A stretch of 64,000 bases of DNA from Candidatus Bathyarchaeota archaeon (GCA_963815095.1 CAWFFH010000003.1:1467541-1531540), one strand, 5' to 3'. Counted from the first letter of the stretch, positions 22,536-34,121 are shown. Made by a program: numbers and translations. The notes: generated from the letters alone by a model not told the origin.

Positions 22536-23036
22536 TTGGTATTTAAAGATGTGAAAATAAAAAGTTCTGATGCTGAAATAGATGAAATAGCACAGAGAAT
22601 TTTGCTGGAGCTTGAATCTGCAAGTTCTACTGATTTGTCAGATGCTCGCTACGCAAAAATGATGTTACGTTTGTCTGATGCTCATTATGCAAAAGGGGTA
22701 GTGCAAAAGATAGGCAGTGCTACCACTGAAGATAAAGATCTTGAGAAAAGAGCAGTGATTAAGGTTTTGTTGTTTTCCACTTGGTTGCAGAGGCTTTATT
22801 TTATAATAAGAGCTTTTCTTATGGGGCAGGTGGGCGCGGTCTTTACATATCTGATCATATGGTACCTTGGTACGATAAACGTTGTTGGAAGCATAATCGT
22901 TGGCGGGTTTGTGTTTATTGCTTCACTAGTTATAACAAGATTATTTGATTCGCAGATAACTCATGCCACAAAAAAACTTGTCGAAATCCTGGCTAATCAT
23001 GGAACTATTAGGGATTTTATAATGAAACACTTCTAA
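22536..23036 (+). CDS. hypothetical membrane protein
   Basis: Two C-terminal TM segments; short LSDAxYAK duplication. Confidence 0.65.
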   Translation: MVFKDVKIKSSDAEIDEIAQRILLELESASSTDLSDARYAKMMLRLSDAHYAKGVVQKIGSATTEDKDLEKRAVIKVLLFSTWLQRLYFIIRAFLMGQVGAVFTYLIIWYLGTINVVGSIIVGGFVFIASLVITRLFDSQITHATKKLVEILANHGTIRDFIMKHF

Positions 23037-23077
23037 CTCGGAATTTTGGTAGCTGGTAGATTTAATGTTTTGTTAGC

Positions 23078-23306
23078 ATGAAGCCCATCTTTGAAAAATA
23101 TCCCTATTGGGCAACAAGCGAAGAGCAAGAGCGAGAACTAAAACAAGGAATGAACCAAATATTCATAAGAGCAAAAATTCCTGTTAAGCAATCTGTAGAA
23201 TTAACCAATAAAATTCTCGCTATTTTAAAGAGTGCATAAAATGGTTTCCGTAAGCGAATTTAAAGAAGAAGTCGCAGGCTGGGCAAGTAAATTGAAATAC
23301 CTTTAA
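23078..23306 (+). pseudogene. possible relic of a type I RM hsdR 3' end plus 5' end of a YgjP-like gene
   Basis: KYPYWATSEEQERELK...LTNKILAILKSA* followed immediately by MVSVSEFKEEVAGWASKL*; recognition from memory only. Confidence 0.4.
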
Positions 23307-23612
23307 TTCGCGGTTTTCTTAGCAAACTATTGGTTTTGAGCCTAATTCTGGCTTTTTTCACGCGTAGTTATTGCTTTATTTTAGATTTAACTTTTAACGT
23401 AAATTAATGCGGCTTCGTTCATTGGGATTGTCATTAGGTTTCCACCAAAAAAAGATTTTGAGAAACTGATGGTTTGATGTGGACATTTTTAAGGATGCCT
23501 GACCCTCTTTCCGGGAGGGAGGACATTTAAAGAGTGTGCGAAAAGAGCACTCGTCGCGTTCCTTCCACCGCCGGGACAACTTTCATTGCTTCCACATTGA
23601 ACCGGTTAACTA

Positions 23613-23774
23613 TTAACGGGCACTGTATATTTCGGTCGAAAAAACAAATTCACTAACTATTCTAAAATGGTGTTCGCAGTTTTTGCATGTATATGCTTCT
23701 ATGTTGAAAGTCTTATTCTTGAGTGCTTTGTCAGGTTTCGCAACTCCTGCTCCGCAACTTGGGCATCTTACCAC
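23613..23774 (-). CDS. 53-aa zinc-ribbon protein
   Basis: Manual translation MVRCPSCG...YTCKNCEHHFR; GGAG upstream; below ORF-track cutoff. Confidence 0.7.
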   Translation of the reverse strand: MVRCPSCGAGVAKPDKALKNKTFNIEAYTCKNCEHHFRIVSEFVFSTEIYSAR

Positions 23775-24075
23775 GCAATCTCTCCATCAAAAATTGATCA
23801 TGTCTTTTATCTACATGTTATGAAACGATGTAATAAACATTGTTGTTTTGTTGTTGTTTAATTCAAGCAATTTTGCTTTTAATTAGCATATTAATTTTTA
23901 ATATAGTAAAAAAAATTGAATGATACATAATTGTGCAAATATTATCGATAAATTTGATTGTAATTGTGACTGACACGCGCGCCTACCATAACCAAACTTT
24001 TTAAAGTCTTTCTGCTGAACGGTTTGGGTTTGCTAATGTAGTAGGGTAAATCTTAAGTACGTATAGCTTGACATA

Positions 24076-24354
24076 GTGGAATTGAATGTAACAATTATTG
24101 GGGGACTTTATATTAATCGAACTAAAGCGATTGAAGTTATACATGAAATATATGAAGTGCTCAAGGAAACAGTTTCAATGAGTCAAGTTTCTTTGGAATC
24201 TAAATCTCAGATTGTTGAAAACTCTGATGGCTTTGAGATAAAGATGAGATGCGCTTTTGAGAACGATTCTTGGGAATGCATCAAGCCAATTCTGCAAAAT
24301 CATGGCTTAAGAATGAAAATTGAAGATGGAGCCGTAATTGTTTTTACGCCATAA
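24076..24354 (+). CDS. small hypothetical protein (paralog of 25300..25566)
   Basis: Shared pattern N..A...I.....G(F/Y).I.....C...I..I...H.L......I.V(F/Y).P. Confidence 0.65.
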   Translation: MELNVTIIGGLYINRTKAIEVIHEIYEVLKETVSMSQVSLESKSQIVENSDGFEIKMRCAFENDSWECIKPILQNHGLRMKIEDGAVIVFTP

Positions 24355-24887
24355 TACATCTCTTCTAGAGAAATAACGGGTTATTTAGGCGGATTTAGCC
24401 GTGCTAACACTGACAAGGGCAAAAACTGAAGAAGAACCCTTATTATGTGTTAGCAACCAGACCAAACCAACAATCCGATGGCTCTACTTCTTCTTTTTTT
24501 TAGCTACTTTTGATTCTTGCGAAGCCTCGTCCTTTGATTGGTTGTCCGTAACGAAATACTCTCCAGTTTTCCATGTTTCCCCGTATGATCTGGGAGAAAG
24601 CTGAAGATGAGGAATGATAAGAGAAAGAATGGAAAAATAGTTTTTTTAATTTTGTTTTAGAAGGTAAAAGATAACGCTTGTTGCAGGTTATGTACTACCA
24701 CATTTACTTTTATTTTATAACTGCTTTGGTATGACTGCTGCGAAAGCGTGGACATATGAGGCTTGGCGAATCGTCGGGTTTTTTGCATTTTCTCCCTTCT
24801 CTCTCCTTTTGAATCTACGATGGTTTGTCAAGCCTATTATAAATCCGTGTTCAAGATCTTGCATTTTGGACCGGTTTATTCTATGGT

Positions 24888-25058
24888 TTATTCGAATTTT
24901 CCGCCACACATAGGGCATTCTTGCTTGTGTTTATTTTGTAATTTTGAGAGTTGAGTTGTGCAATAGAAGCAGAAGTAGATTTTGCATTTTGTGCAGCAAT
25001 AGAATCCGCCACCTATGTATTTGCCGCAAGCATCGCAAGGCCTAGATAAATTAACCAT
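24888..25058 (-). CDS. 56-aa Cys-rich zinc-finger protein
   Basis: Manual translation MVNLSRPCDACGKYIGGGFYCCTKCKIYFCFYC...ECPMCGGKFE, 9 Cys. Confidence 0.75.
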   Translation of the reverse strand: MVNLSRPCDACGKYIGGGFYCCTKCKIYFCFYCTTQLSKLQNKHKQECPMCGGKFE

Positions 25059-25299
25059 AATTCGCTAACTAATCGTTACTTGTCTATTTTAAAAACAGTA
25101 TGTCAAAGAAAATGCGTATTTTTGTTAATTAATTTTTTTTCAGTGTTTTTGGTTTAAGTCTATACGGTTAAGGGGCAAGAAGCATAAGGAGCAACCGTAC
25201 AGCCCTAACCCACAATTATAAACCAGTTGCGTCAGCTTAAAAGTGATTCGTGTATCCTACTATTGGTTCTTGAACAAAGTGACGCCTTCTGCAGCGGGG

Positions 25300-25566
25300 C
25301 TATTTGTAGGATGATTTAGGTTTGTAAACTATGATTTGATTTTGTTCTTCGACTACGGCTAAATCATGTTTTTTTGTAATTTCTTTTATCTGATTTCTGC
25401 AATCATTATCAATAATTGCATTTATTCTAATTTTGTAACCGGTTGATAAAGAGTCTTCGGGTTTTGGCTCCAAGAAAATGAATGAATTTGAATCTAATTT
25501 GCATTCAGTTAATAATATTTTGAGCAAACTGCTTGCTTCTTGTTTGTTCATCTCAAAACGCTCCAA
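25300..25566 (-). CDS. small hypothetical protein
   Basis: Paralog of 24076..24354. Confidence 0.65.
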   Translation of the reverse strand: MERFEMNKQEASSLLKILLTECKLDSNSFIFLEPKPEDSLSTGYKIRINAIIDNDCRNQIKEITKKHDLAVVEEQNQIIVYKPKSSYK

Positions 25567-25761
25567 CTAAACTATGGTGATAAAAACTTAAAGATTTGGG
25601 AAGTAAGTTGGCACATTGAAGTGCCCACAACTTTGCAATCAAATTTTAAGTCATTTCTACCCTCATAACTTGAAGTCTGAAAAGACCTAATTTTTGGAAA
25701 TAGTGACTAAACAAAATTAAAGCTATTAGATTCTTTGGTGCTTGTCAAACGTACTTGTTAT

Positions 25762-26100
25762 TTAGCATTCAATTAGTAAGTCGTCGCCATCAACTTTCAC
25801 ATCGTAACTTGGTAGACTGCTGCGTGTTCCAGAGATTACTTTTCCCGATGTTACGTCAAATTTTGAAAGATGCCTAGGACAGGTAACAACTGCTTTATCC
25901 AATTTACCCTCAGATACCTTAGCGTTCAAATGAGGACATCTATCACCAACCGCATAGAACTTGCCTTCAACATTAGCAATCAATATTTCTAGTCCTTCAA
26001 TTTCCACATGTTTCATCTTGCCTACCGGAATATCAAACATTTTGGCAACTCTAACCAAAGTCACAATATCACCGTTGATTCTTATTTGGAGTTCATTCAT
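25762..26100 (-). CDS. Rieske [2Fe-2S] ferredoxin
   Basis: CPHL...CPRH motifs; true start probably about 12 codons downstream. Confidence 0.9.
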   Translation of the reverse strand: MNELQIRINGDIVTLVRVAKMFDIPVGKMKHVEIEGLEILIANVEGKFYAVGDRCPHLNAKVSEGKLDKAVVTCPRHLSKFDVTSGKVISGTRSSLPSYDVKVDGDDLLIEC

Positions 26101-26555
26101 TATTTATATTATTTAAATTCTCTGAATCTAAAAGCAATAGCGAAAGACAACAGAGATTGAATTAAAGTCTTTGAGAGTTGATTCGTTTTCTGCAAGCAGA
26201 CATGTGCAAAAGCAAACGTTGTTTTAGCAATTAGCCGGACAAGTTACTCCAGAAAAATTTTCTTAGAAAAACACCCCTACCTCTCGTTAGGCGTTGCAGA
26301 ATTGCCAAATGAAAGCTTAACCATTGCTGATTTTGCGTAAGCTTACCAATAGAGTTGCCGCAAAAGTGCTTTATGTAGCCCTAAGCCATATCTATTAAGT
26401 CTTAACAATACTTTTAAAAGTAGTTAGGTGGTAGTACCCAAATCAATTAGGGTCCGCAGTGAAGGAAATGGTTACCCAGAAATCTAATATAGTTGGGAAA
26501 ATTCTGAATCTAATTCATCTCGATCCACGATTCTTGCCTAGATGTAGTAGAAAAA

Positions 26556-27371
26556 ATGACGGGTTGCCAATCGATTCTTTTAGATTATCCGGTAAAAGTG
26601 GATCCTCGCTATGGGTATGGGAAACCACCTCATTCAAAACTCCACGAGATAATTAACAAAAATAGAATTGCATATAAAAGTACATTGGAAAGTTTTTTGA
26701 CACTAAAAGAGTATTTCCTCAAAATTCCCACTGAAAGTGCGAAAAATTCGCATGAACCATCATGGATAAATGACTATTTGCCTGGTTTGGATTCAGTGGC
26801 TCTTTATTCACTTCTTTATTTGAATAATCCGAAGAGATTTATAGAAATTGGCTCAGGGAACTCAACGAAATTCGCAAGGAAAGCTATCCTTGACCATGGT
26901 TTACAAACGAAAATAACCTCAATTGATCCATGTCCTCGTGCCGAAATTGATTTAATTTGCGATACCGTAATTCGGCAACCTCTTGAGGAGGTAGATCTAA
27001 GTATTTTTGAACAACTTGACTTGGGTGATTTCCTTTACGTTGATTGTTCCCATCGTTGTTTTACTAATTCAGATGTAACAGTTGTTTTTTTGGATATTTT
27101 GCCCAGATTGAGAGCTGGAATATTTGTGGAATTTCATGACATTTCACTTCCCTACGATTATTCTGCAAAATTTGCCGAACGATATTATTCTGAACAGTAT
27201 TTACTTGCAGTTTATATTTTGGCTGAAAACAACAAGTTTAACATTATTATGCCTGATTCCTTCATAAGTGAAGATATAGAATTGAACAAAATATTAGATC
27301 CTCTTTGGAGTGAATCAAAAATGGTAAATGTTTCAAATTTTGGATGTTCTTTTTGGATTCAGATAAAATAG
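26556..27371 (+). CDS. class I SAM-dependent methyltransferase
   Basis: IEIGSGNST, SIDP, YVDCSH, FHDI, YSEQY. Confidence 0.88.
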   Translation: MTGCQSILLDYPVKVDPRYGYGKPPHSKLHEIINKNRIAYKSTLESFLTLKEYFLKIPTESAKNSHEPSWINDYLPGLDSVALYSLLYLNNPKRFIEIGSGNSTKFARKAILDHGLQTKITSIDPCPRAEIDLICDTVIRQPLEEVDLSIFEQLDLGDFLYVDCSHRCFTNSDVTVVFLDILPRLRAGIFVEFHDISLPYDYSAKFAERYYSEQYLLAVYILAENNKFNIIMPDSFISEDIELNKILDPLWSESKMVNVSNFGCSFWIQIK

Positions 27372-27543
27372 CTGCAATAGGGAACATCAAAATTTTAACA
27401 TTAATATTTGTGACATTATTGTGGAAAATATTGCATTGAAACTGTTATGCGATTTCGGCTTAGGCTACTTCGGATTTCATTATTTATTCGTGTATTACCT
27501 CTTCCTTTGCTGGCGTGTCCGTAACGGGGTATTTTCCATTTTT

Positions 27544-28240
27544 CTATGTTTCCCCGATAATCTGGGGATTGCTAGTGAGAATATAGAAAGGCATTTTGGT
27601 TTGTGAAGAGTAAAGTTCAGTAATAAAGTTAAGGAGCTTTTTGCCAACGCCGATTCCTTGGTAGTCCGGTAGTACAACTAAGCGGCTGACTCGATAGTAT
27701 TTTGCTTTCATCCTAATACATGCGACAGCTGTGAAGGCAATTGGTTTGTCTTGGTAGACAGCGGTGTAGCATCTTACTCCTGCGCCTAAGTAGCCGTTTA
27801 GATAAGTGATAGCTCCGAAACATCTTCCATAAGTTATTGCCGCACCGATGAATTTTGAGGTCAATGGCGGTCGGCTTCTTTTTTCGGCTAAACTCCATTG
27901 TGTCAGTACAGAATACCCAGTCAGGATCTAACCAATCAACCACGTCATAGTGCAGGTGACAGCGATAAACTTCTTGGGACTTCTGCGAGCTGCCTTGCTG
28001 ATTGCAAAGGCGCTAACTTTCGCAATCTCCCTATCAACAACTGAGGTAAACTCATTGAAAACGACCAATGGCTTATCCAAACAAAGTGCTCGGGCGATGT
28101 CAACACCCATCTTTTCTCCTTGACTGAGGCAATCATACGCCTTAAGCCAATCCGGTGGACTCGCAAAACCTACGCTGCAAAGCAGCTTGGTAATTTCTCC
28201 TGTTTCAAGTTCTTGGGGAAAATCATCTAAACGTATTTGC
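27544..28240 (-). pseudogene. fragmented ABC-ATPase/GNAT fusion
   Basis: LSQGEK, VVF(N)EFTSVVDR, AVTC.HYDV.DWLDPDW, then HYL...RLVVLPDYQGIGVG, spread over 3 frames; Walker A half missing. Confidence 0.8.
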
Positions 28241-28722
28241 TTTGATATTCAAACTCTCGAACGTAGGCTTCTGGGAAAAGATGCTTGGCGATACTTGTTT
28301 TGCCTTGTCGATGTTTCCCTCGGAGTGAATTTTTTGTGGGAGAGGCTTAAAACTCCGTCTAAAACGCTAAACAACGTATTTCTGCGGTCTTTTGGAGATC
28401 GGTTTGATGACGGTTTCTTTTCGGTTTTAGCTTCAACTTCACCCAAGCTTAACTATGCCTTCCTAAGTTTGTCTCCAACACCACTGGAGGAAAGACAACC
28501 ATTAAGCCGCTTAGAGAGTAAGCTGCCTAAGACAACATAAAACGAGACAACAAAATAGTTCTATAGAGGTATTCAGATAAAAGATTTGTGCAGTAGTTAT
28601 GGAAGAAGAGGTTTTCTGAGGATTCTGAATCAAACTAAGGAAGGAAAGCTAATCTTTCCTCTAACCAGTTTGCCATATAGTTCTTAAGGTAGACTTATTT
28701 GATGAGAAAAAGCATTGTGTTT

Positions 28723-28932
28723 TTAATGATATTCGTGCGACTTCTGATCAGAAACAGGTTCGTGCCCTTGGTTTTTGCTTCTCGCTTTTCCAGCAGTTGA
28801 TCGGGCCTTGTTTTCGGCTTTATCCATTTTGCCTTTATGTCGCTCTCTTTCACTCATGGCAGTTTGGTTTGCTTTTTCAACAATCTTGCTCCCTACTTGA
28901 TTGCCTTTATCTTTCTTGTTTTGGTTACTCAT
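28723..28932 (-). CDS. small hydrophilic hypothetical protein
   Basis: 69-aa charged ORF with ATG start. Confidence 0.55.
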   Translation of the reverse strand: MSNQNKKDKGNQVGSKIVEKANQTAMSERERHKGKMDKAENKARSTAGKARSKNQGHEPVSDQKSHEYH

Positions 28933-29324
28933 AAAATCCCTAAAAACTTGCTCACACCGAGTTTAATAAATACATGTTTTTGCTAATCTGTTGAACTTTC
29001 GGAGTGAGAATAATGGACAGTTTTTATATTTCTAATTTCTGGGAAAAAACTATTTCGCAGTGGAGTTCGATATTTTTGCTTCTTTGATCAATGAAACATT
29101 TACTAAATCTTAAATTATTTCCAACTTTTTCTTTCTTTTTTTAATAGAAACTCAGCTTTTCCTAGATAAAAGTGTCTTTGAAGAGAGGTTGGCTTCTTTT
29201 TTTTACGCACAATGCACCCTGTCAGCCAACCTCTGGGTCTCTCTTTGAGTCTTTATGTTAGAATTCGGTTGTAGCTGTAGTTATACAGTCACAAATCGTT
29301 AAGTGGCTCTGGTCATTGGATTAA

Positions 29325-29570
29325 GTGGTGAATAAACAAATGAGGTTTTTGAATTATAAAGGTAGTTTAGCTGGTTGGTTTTCGTATGCTATTATAGTAA
29401 TAGTATCACGCGCATGCTATGAGTCAGTTATGCAAGTGGTGAATAACCAGATGAATATTTGGCATAATAAAAAAGGTGCTTTAGCTGGGTGGCTCTTGTA
29501 TGCTATTATAGTGGTAGTATTAATAATAATTCTAATTCTTGCTCTGAGATTTCTTTTTGGCTTAATATAA
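29325..29570 (+). CDS. small membrane protein with internal duplication
   Basis: Two copies of VN.QM....KG.LAGW..YAIIV. Confidence 0.6.
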   Translation: MVNKQMRFLNYKGSLAGWFSYAIIVIVSRACYESVMQVVNNQMNIWHNKKGALAGWLLYAIIVVVLIIILILALRFLFGLI

Positions 29571-30122
29571 GGCAAACTTAAAAGCAGGAAGAAAGAGCAA
29601 GGACTTTTTTACTATTCTCCTATCTTAATAGTTGGTTTGCGCGGTTAATTCGCCCAGCGCGCACTTCCTTTTTTTTACCTATTATATTGTTATTTTTTTC
29701 GGTAAATCTGGCTTCTTCTTCATCTAACTGTTGGACAAAACGCCCAATTTGATTTCGTTAGACAAAAATGTCCAATATTTAATGTCTATTGGCTAAATCA
29801 ACTCATTTTTAAAGTCAAACCTTAAACAAAGCCTTCGACCAACTACAAGTAAGGTGTTACAATAACTTGGATAAAAAAGAACGCATAGAAAATGTTTGGT
29901 TGCTTTTTTGGGGAGTAGCTATAGCATTTTTATTACAAATAATTTATGATGTGCTTTAGACTTTTTAGGCAAAACGCGCAGCCAATCTGCTTAGTTTCGC
30001 AGGCTACACAACCCAATCGGTCTCTGAAACAATCTCGGGACAAAACCAAAAGAGTATCTTGGGGTATTAAATGGAAAAAAAATAGTGATTGAAAGTTGTT
30101 TTTTTCTGAATTATAAAAGGAC

Positions 30123-30446
30123 TTGTTAGCAAGACTAACATCTGAAAATGATAGTCTTGTAATTGTGCCTACACAGTCACAGAGGTATATATCTCAGCAT
30201 GATATGTTTGAGTCGATTGAGGAGATATTGGGTATGAGGAGAAAGTTAAAAGGTCGATGTCCGTGCGGTTACAGTTTTGAAATCTTAGGCGATATATGTG
30301 AAGCCATATCTGTAGTACGGAGACATGTAGATAGTTTTCACAAAGATTTTCTCCCATTTGGAATAACAAATGATGAGGCACTAGAACTTCTAAATCAAGA
30401 TAAACCGAAAATCTCCGCAAATACAAGGCTTCTTCAGTGCATATAA
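30123..30446 (+). CDS. small CxCG...HxxxxH putative zinc-binding protein
   Basis: CPCGYSF...RRHVDSFH; resembles 56896..57138; start uncertain. Confidence 0.55.
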   Translation: MLARLTSENDSLVIVPTQSQRYISQHDMFESIEEILGMRRKLKGRCPCGYSFEILGDICEAISVVRRHVDSFHKDFLPFGITNDEALELLNQDKPKISANTRLLQCI

Positions 30447-30456
30447 AAGTCTCTTA

Positions 30457-31315
30457 CTACGTTTTCATTAAGAATTTGTTCTCACCTAAGTTTTGAATAA
30501 AGCTCCAGCCTTCGTCTAAGTGTTTAACGAGTTCGCCATCGCCTTTTACCATGCTGTACTTTGCCTTGGCACTTTTCTTTGAGCTTGATTGCGAGTCTGT
30601 TCTTTGTCTTCGTTTAAATCCTAAATTCTGTATATCTTCATCAAAAACTTGTCCTGGTCGATGTATTCAACTAGACTATAACCGTCATCAAGTTTCTTCA
30701 GAAGCTTAGCCTCGCCTTTAACAATAATGTGCAGGATGTTTCTTTGGATTTCCCTAAATCATAGGGCTTTCCGCATTGTCTTTTAGCTTGCGAAATTCAT
30801 CTATAGCCTCATCCGGATCTTTCGCTCTCTGAAGTGCGTCTTCAAGTTTCTTAAGTTGGTCTGACCTAAAACCACTGACTTTTGCTAAATCTAACAGCAT
30901 TTGGCTTCTAAGCTTCTTTTCGTCAATCACATGCGAGCTTTCATGCAAGAACTCAAGGTCTGCAAACGCTAATCTATACTTAGCTCTCAACTGTTCAATC
31001 AGTGGTTTCGAATATGGAGCTTCTTCACCTCTAACTTTTCGTCCTTTAATTTTCTTAATCCAGTTGTTAGGACATCCAGCGTTCTCTAGTGCCGTTTGAA
31101 CTATTCGTCTACCGTCGTGAATAGTAAATCGACACCGGATCTCTTTTCAAGCATAGTTGATTTCCTTGCAATAAGTTTGTAACTTAAAGGTTCACCGATG
31201 GTGCGTTTGATTGAAAGAATAACATTATTTTCGTTTTTCCATTTGTGATTAAAAGTCTTTTCCATCCAATCTCTATATTCGATTATTACGTAGACATTTT
31301 GAGAAGATACATCAT
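30457..31315 (-). pseudogene. tyrosine recombinase/integrase relic
   Basis: FTIHDGRRIVQTALENAG...IKGRK...APYS (HxxR, catalytic Tyr) and tail ELVKHLDEGW; frameshifts and stops, N-terminus missing. Confidence 0.75.
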
Positions 31316-31561
31316 AGCAAAATGTCCAACATAAAAATGATTTTATAATGAGTGTGGTTTGTTTTCTTTGGCTGTTTTTTATATAAATTGTTTATAAATT
31401 TTGTTTTTACGTTGATTTGGTTTTGTTTGGGGTTTTAGTTTTTGAATAGGTTTTTTATCAGGTAGGTTTGCGTTTTTTGCATTAAATAATATTGGGTGTG
31501 TGCCCATTTGTTAGCAACATTTATGTGGGTAGAATTGTATTGTATTTGTGGGTGCAAATTA

Positions 31562-31783
31562 GTGGGAAAAGCTAAAATGGATGAACGTGGCAGGATCTTG
31601 ATTCCGCTTGACGAACGTGAGAGGCTCGGTTTGAAGTGTGGTGCCGAATTTGACTTAGTTTGCGAGGGCGGCGTCTTGGTTTTGAAGCCTATACTTGTCG
31701 AGCCATTACGGGTTGACGGCAGCCATCGTAAATGGGGCAAAGAAGCGTTCTTGGATTCTGGAGAGGCAACCTTTGGCGAGTAG
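31562..31783 (+). CDS. AbrB/MazE-family antitoxin
   Basis: KMDERGRILIP...RERLGL; overlaps the PIN gene. Confidence 0.88.
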   Translation: MGKAKMDERGRILIPLDERERLGLKCGAEFDLVCEGGVLVLKPILVEPLRVDGSHRKWGKEAFLDSGEATFGE

Positions 31784-32258
31784 TAATGATTCGGTGGAGA
31801 AACGGGTTTTTGATCTTAACATTTTAGCGGTCTTTTTAGTGAAGGGGCATCCTGGTTTTGAGTGTGTTTCGCCAGTTGTAGAAGAAGGTTTAAGAGGATC
31901 ATACATTCCGTTGATCATGGATTTTTTGCCCATGCGGGCTTATTGGATAATGACTCAGCGATGGGGTCTTCCGCAAAAGGACTGCGCAGCTTCAATTGAA
32001 TATTTCTTAAAGAAATATCAAATGCCACGGTATCCAAGTTTGAATCGAGAAACAATTCTGGAAGGTTTTCACTTGGCTGAAGATTTGAAACACGACGTTT
32101 TCGACTGCATGTACCTTGCGGTTGCTTTTCAGGAGAAAGCCGTCGGGGTAGTTACTACGGATACTGATTTTGAGAAACTTTGCAATCATGTGGGCTTAAA
32201 ATATTTTAACCCTGTGCCGAGAGAAGTTCTCAAACGATTCAAAGAACAAAACAAGTGA
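31773..32258 (+). CDS. PIN-domain (VapC) toxin
   Basis: VFDLNIL...DVFDCMYLAVA...TTDTDF. Confidence 0.88.
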   Translation: MASSNDSVEKRVFDLNILAVFLVKGHPGFECVSPVVEEGLRGSYIPLIMDFLPMRAYWIMTQRWGLPQKDCAASIEYFLKKYQMPRYPSLNRETILEGFHLAEDLKHDVFDCMYLAVAFQEKAVGVVTTDTDFEKLCNHVGLKYFNPVPREVLKRFKEQNK

Positions 32259-32349
32259 ACAATCTTTAGGAATCGTTGTTAAAAAACCTTTATTTTTTCA
32301 GAAAAGAATAGCAAAAGTAACTAACAAAAAAGCTTCTCCAAAAAATGAA

Positions 32350-32400
32350 GCGTCCTCATATTTTTTAAAAACCCTAACTCGTCAAAACACTGCTCATAAA
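32350..32400. repeat. ~50-bp dispersed repeat, copy 1 (copy 2 at 34738-34788)
   Basis: ctcat.ttttttaaaaaccc.aac...aac.ctg.tcataa present in both copies. Confidence 0.6.
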
Positions 32401-32600
32401 TGAGGCACTTCTGACTTGGATTTTTGCGTAGTTGATTAATTTAGTGTTTTGTTTTCTTTATGGTTGGATGAATTTTTGGAAGAGCTAAACTTTTCTTGTA
32501 ATTTTGGTGTTATTAAGGCAGCGAATTGTTTATTAGGTGATTTATCTATTTATTGGATTATCCTAAAAGTGGATAATAATTTAGTTTGGAGGTTTGCTGC

Positions 32601-33959
32601 TTGAAGTTTTACGACAGGAAAAAAGAACTTGAAACATTAGAGAAGGCGCATTTGAGGTCAGGCGCCGACTTAATTGTTGTCAGCGGCAGAAGACGAATAG
32701 GAAAAAGTCGCCTCATTGATGAATTTGCCAAAGATAAGAAAGCAATAAGCTTGCTTATAGTGCCAAAGGAAGAGAAACAGGTTGCCAAGGACTTGGAAGC
32801 GGAGATTCGACTTAAATTGGGGTATTCTCCACCTTTTGATTCTTTAAAGAACGCCTTGGAGTACCTTTTTGAGCAAGATGTTGGTCTTGTTTGTCTCGAT
32901 GAGTTTTCCAATTTGCTTGTTGTAAACAATGCTATTCCTTATGAGTTGCAGAGGCTATGGGATGGTTATAAAGACTCGAAAAACATTATGCTCATTGTTT
33001 CTGGCTCTTATGCGGGAATGATGAATCGTCTTTTTGCTGCTAAAAAAGCGCCTCTTTTTAATCGTGCTTCAAACACGATAAATCTGCAGGCACTTTCGTT
33101 TAAGACAATGGTTGAAGTTTTAACTGATTTTGGAGTATTATTGCCTATTCAGCAGGTGAGTTTTTACTGCGTTTTCGGAGGGGTTCCTTTTTACTATGTC
33201 CTTGTAGAAAAACTTGAGAACCGTTCTTTCGAAAATGCCTTAAATTCTCTGTTCTTTGACGTTGGAGCGCAGCTTAAGGAAGAAGGCGAAAACATTCTAA
33301 GACAGGAATTCGGAAACGCATATGCAAAATATTATGCCATTCTGGAGGCAATTAGCGCTGGCTATGTTTCTATGAATGAAATATCACTGAAGGTGGGAAT
33401 CCGTTCAACCACTTTGTCCAAGTATTTGAAGTCTCTTCAGCATGATTTCAAAATTGTGGAGCGGTTTGTGCCTTTTGGAGAAAAACCTGCAAGAAGCAAG
33501 AAAGGACTGTATGTTATTCAAGATAATACGCTTGCGTTCTGGTTTTCAGAGGTTTATGGAAAACCGTCTGTGCCGAGCAAGGAGCAACTTAGTGTGTTCA
33601 TAGGTAAGCGTTTTGAGATTTTATGTCGGGAGTTTTTAACTACGTACTTGGTTGGAAAAGGCGAGAGGTTGCTTGGGGCGGGTAAATGGTGGGGGTCTTT
33701 GAAAGTCGGAGGCAAGTTTGAGCAGCGGGAAATTGATGTTTTAGTAGAAACTGACAAGGCCATTTACTGTGGCGAGTGCAAATGGACTGAACAGAAAATA
33801 GGAGAGCGTGAACTGAACTGGTTGAAAGCGTCCGCCAATGCCTTTGTAGGGACTAAAAAACCTGTTAAGTTTGTTCTTTTCTCCAAAAGAGGCTTTGAAA
33901 TTTCCGATGATAGGGAAGCCCTTATGTTTGATGCGGAGCGTTTATGCAAGAATACATAA
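32601..33959 (+). CDS. archaeal ATPase with wHTH and DUF234-like PD-(D/E)xK C-terminus
   Basis: FYDRKKEL, GRRRIGKS, LDEF, GGVPFY, WW...EIDV...GECKW. Confidence 0.9.
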   Translation: MKFYDRKKELETLEKAHLRSGADLIVVSGRRRIGKSRLIDEFAKDKKAISLLIVPKEEKQVAKDLEAEIRLKLGYSPPFDSLKNALEYLFEQDVGLVCLDEFSNLLVVNNAIPYELQRLWDGYKDSKNIMLIVSGSYAGMMNRLFAAKKAPLFNRASNTINLQALSFKTMVEVLTDFGVLLPIQQVSFYCVFGGVPFYYVLVEKLENRSFENALNSLFFDVGAQLKEEGENILRQEFGNAYAKYYAILEAISAGYVSMNEISLKVGIRSTTLSKYLKSLQHDFKIVERFVPFGEKPARSKKGLYVIQDNTLAFWFSEVYGKPSVPSKEQLSVFIGKRFEILCREFLTTYLVGKGERLLGAGKWWGSLKVGGKFEQREIDVLVETDKAIYCGECKWTEQKIGERELNWLKASANAFVGTKKPVKFVLFSKRGFEISDDREALMFDAERLCKNT

Positions 33960-34121
33960 CTGATCTGCGGAAATGCTGAAGATTTAGCGATCCAATGCCG
34001 GATAAATATGGTTTTAACGCGGCCACAAGGTTTGGGTTAGGCATACTAAATAGCACTGTAGCAACAAAATGACGCCCCAAAACATCTCCAAAAAATACCG
34101 TTAAACAGGTTTTGCAATCCT

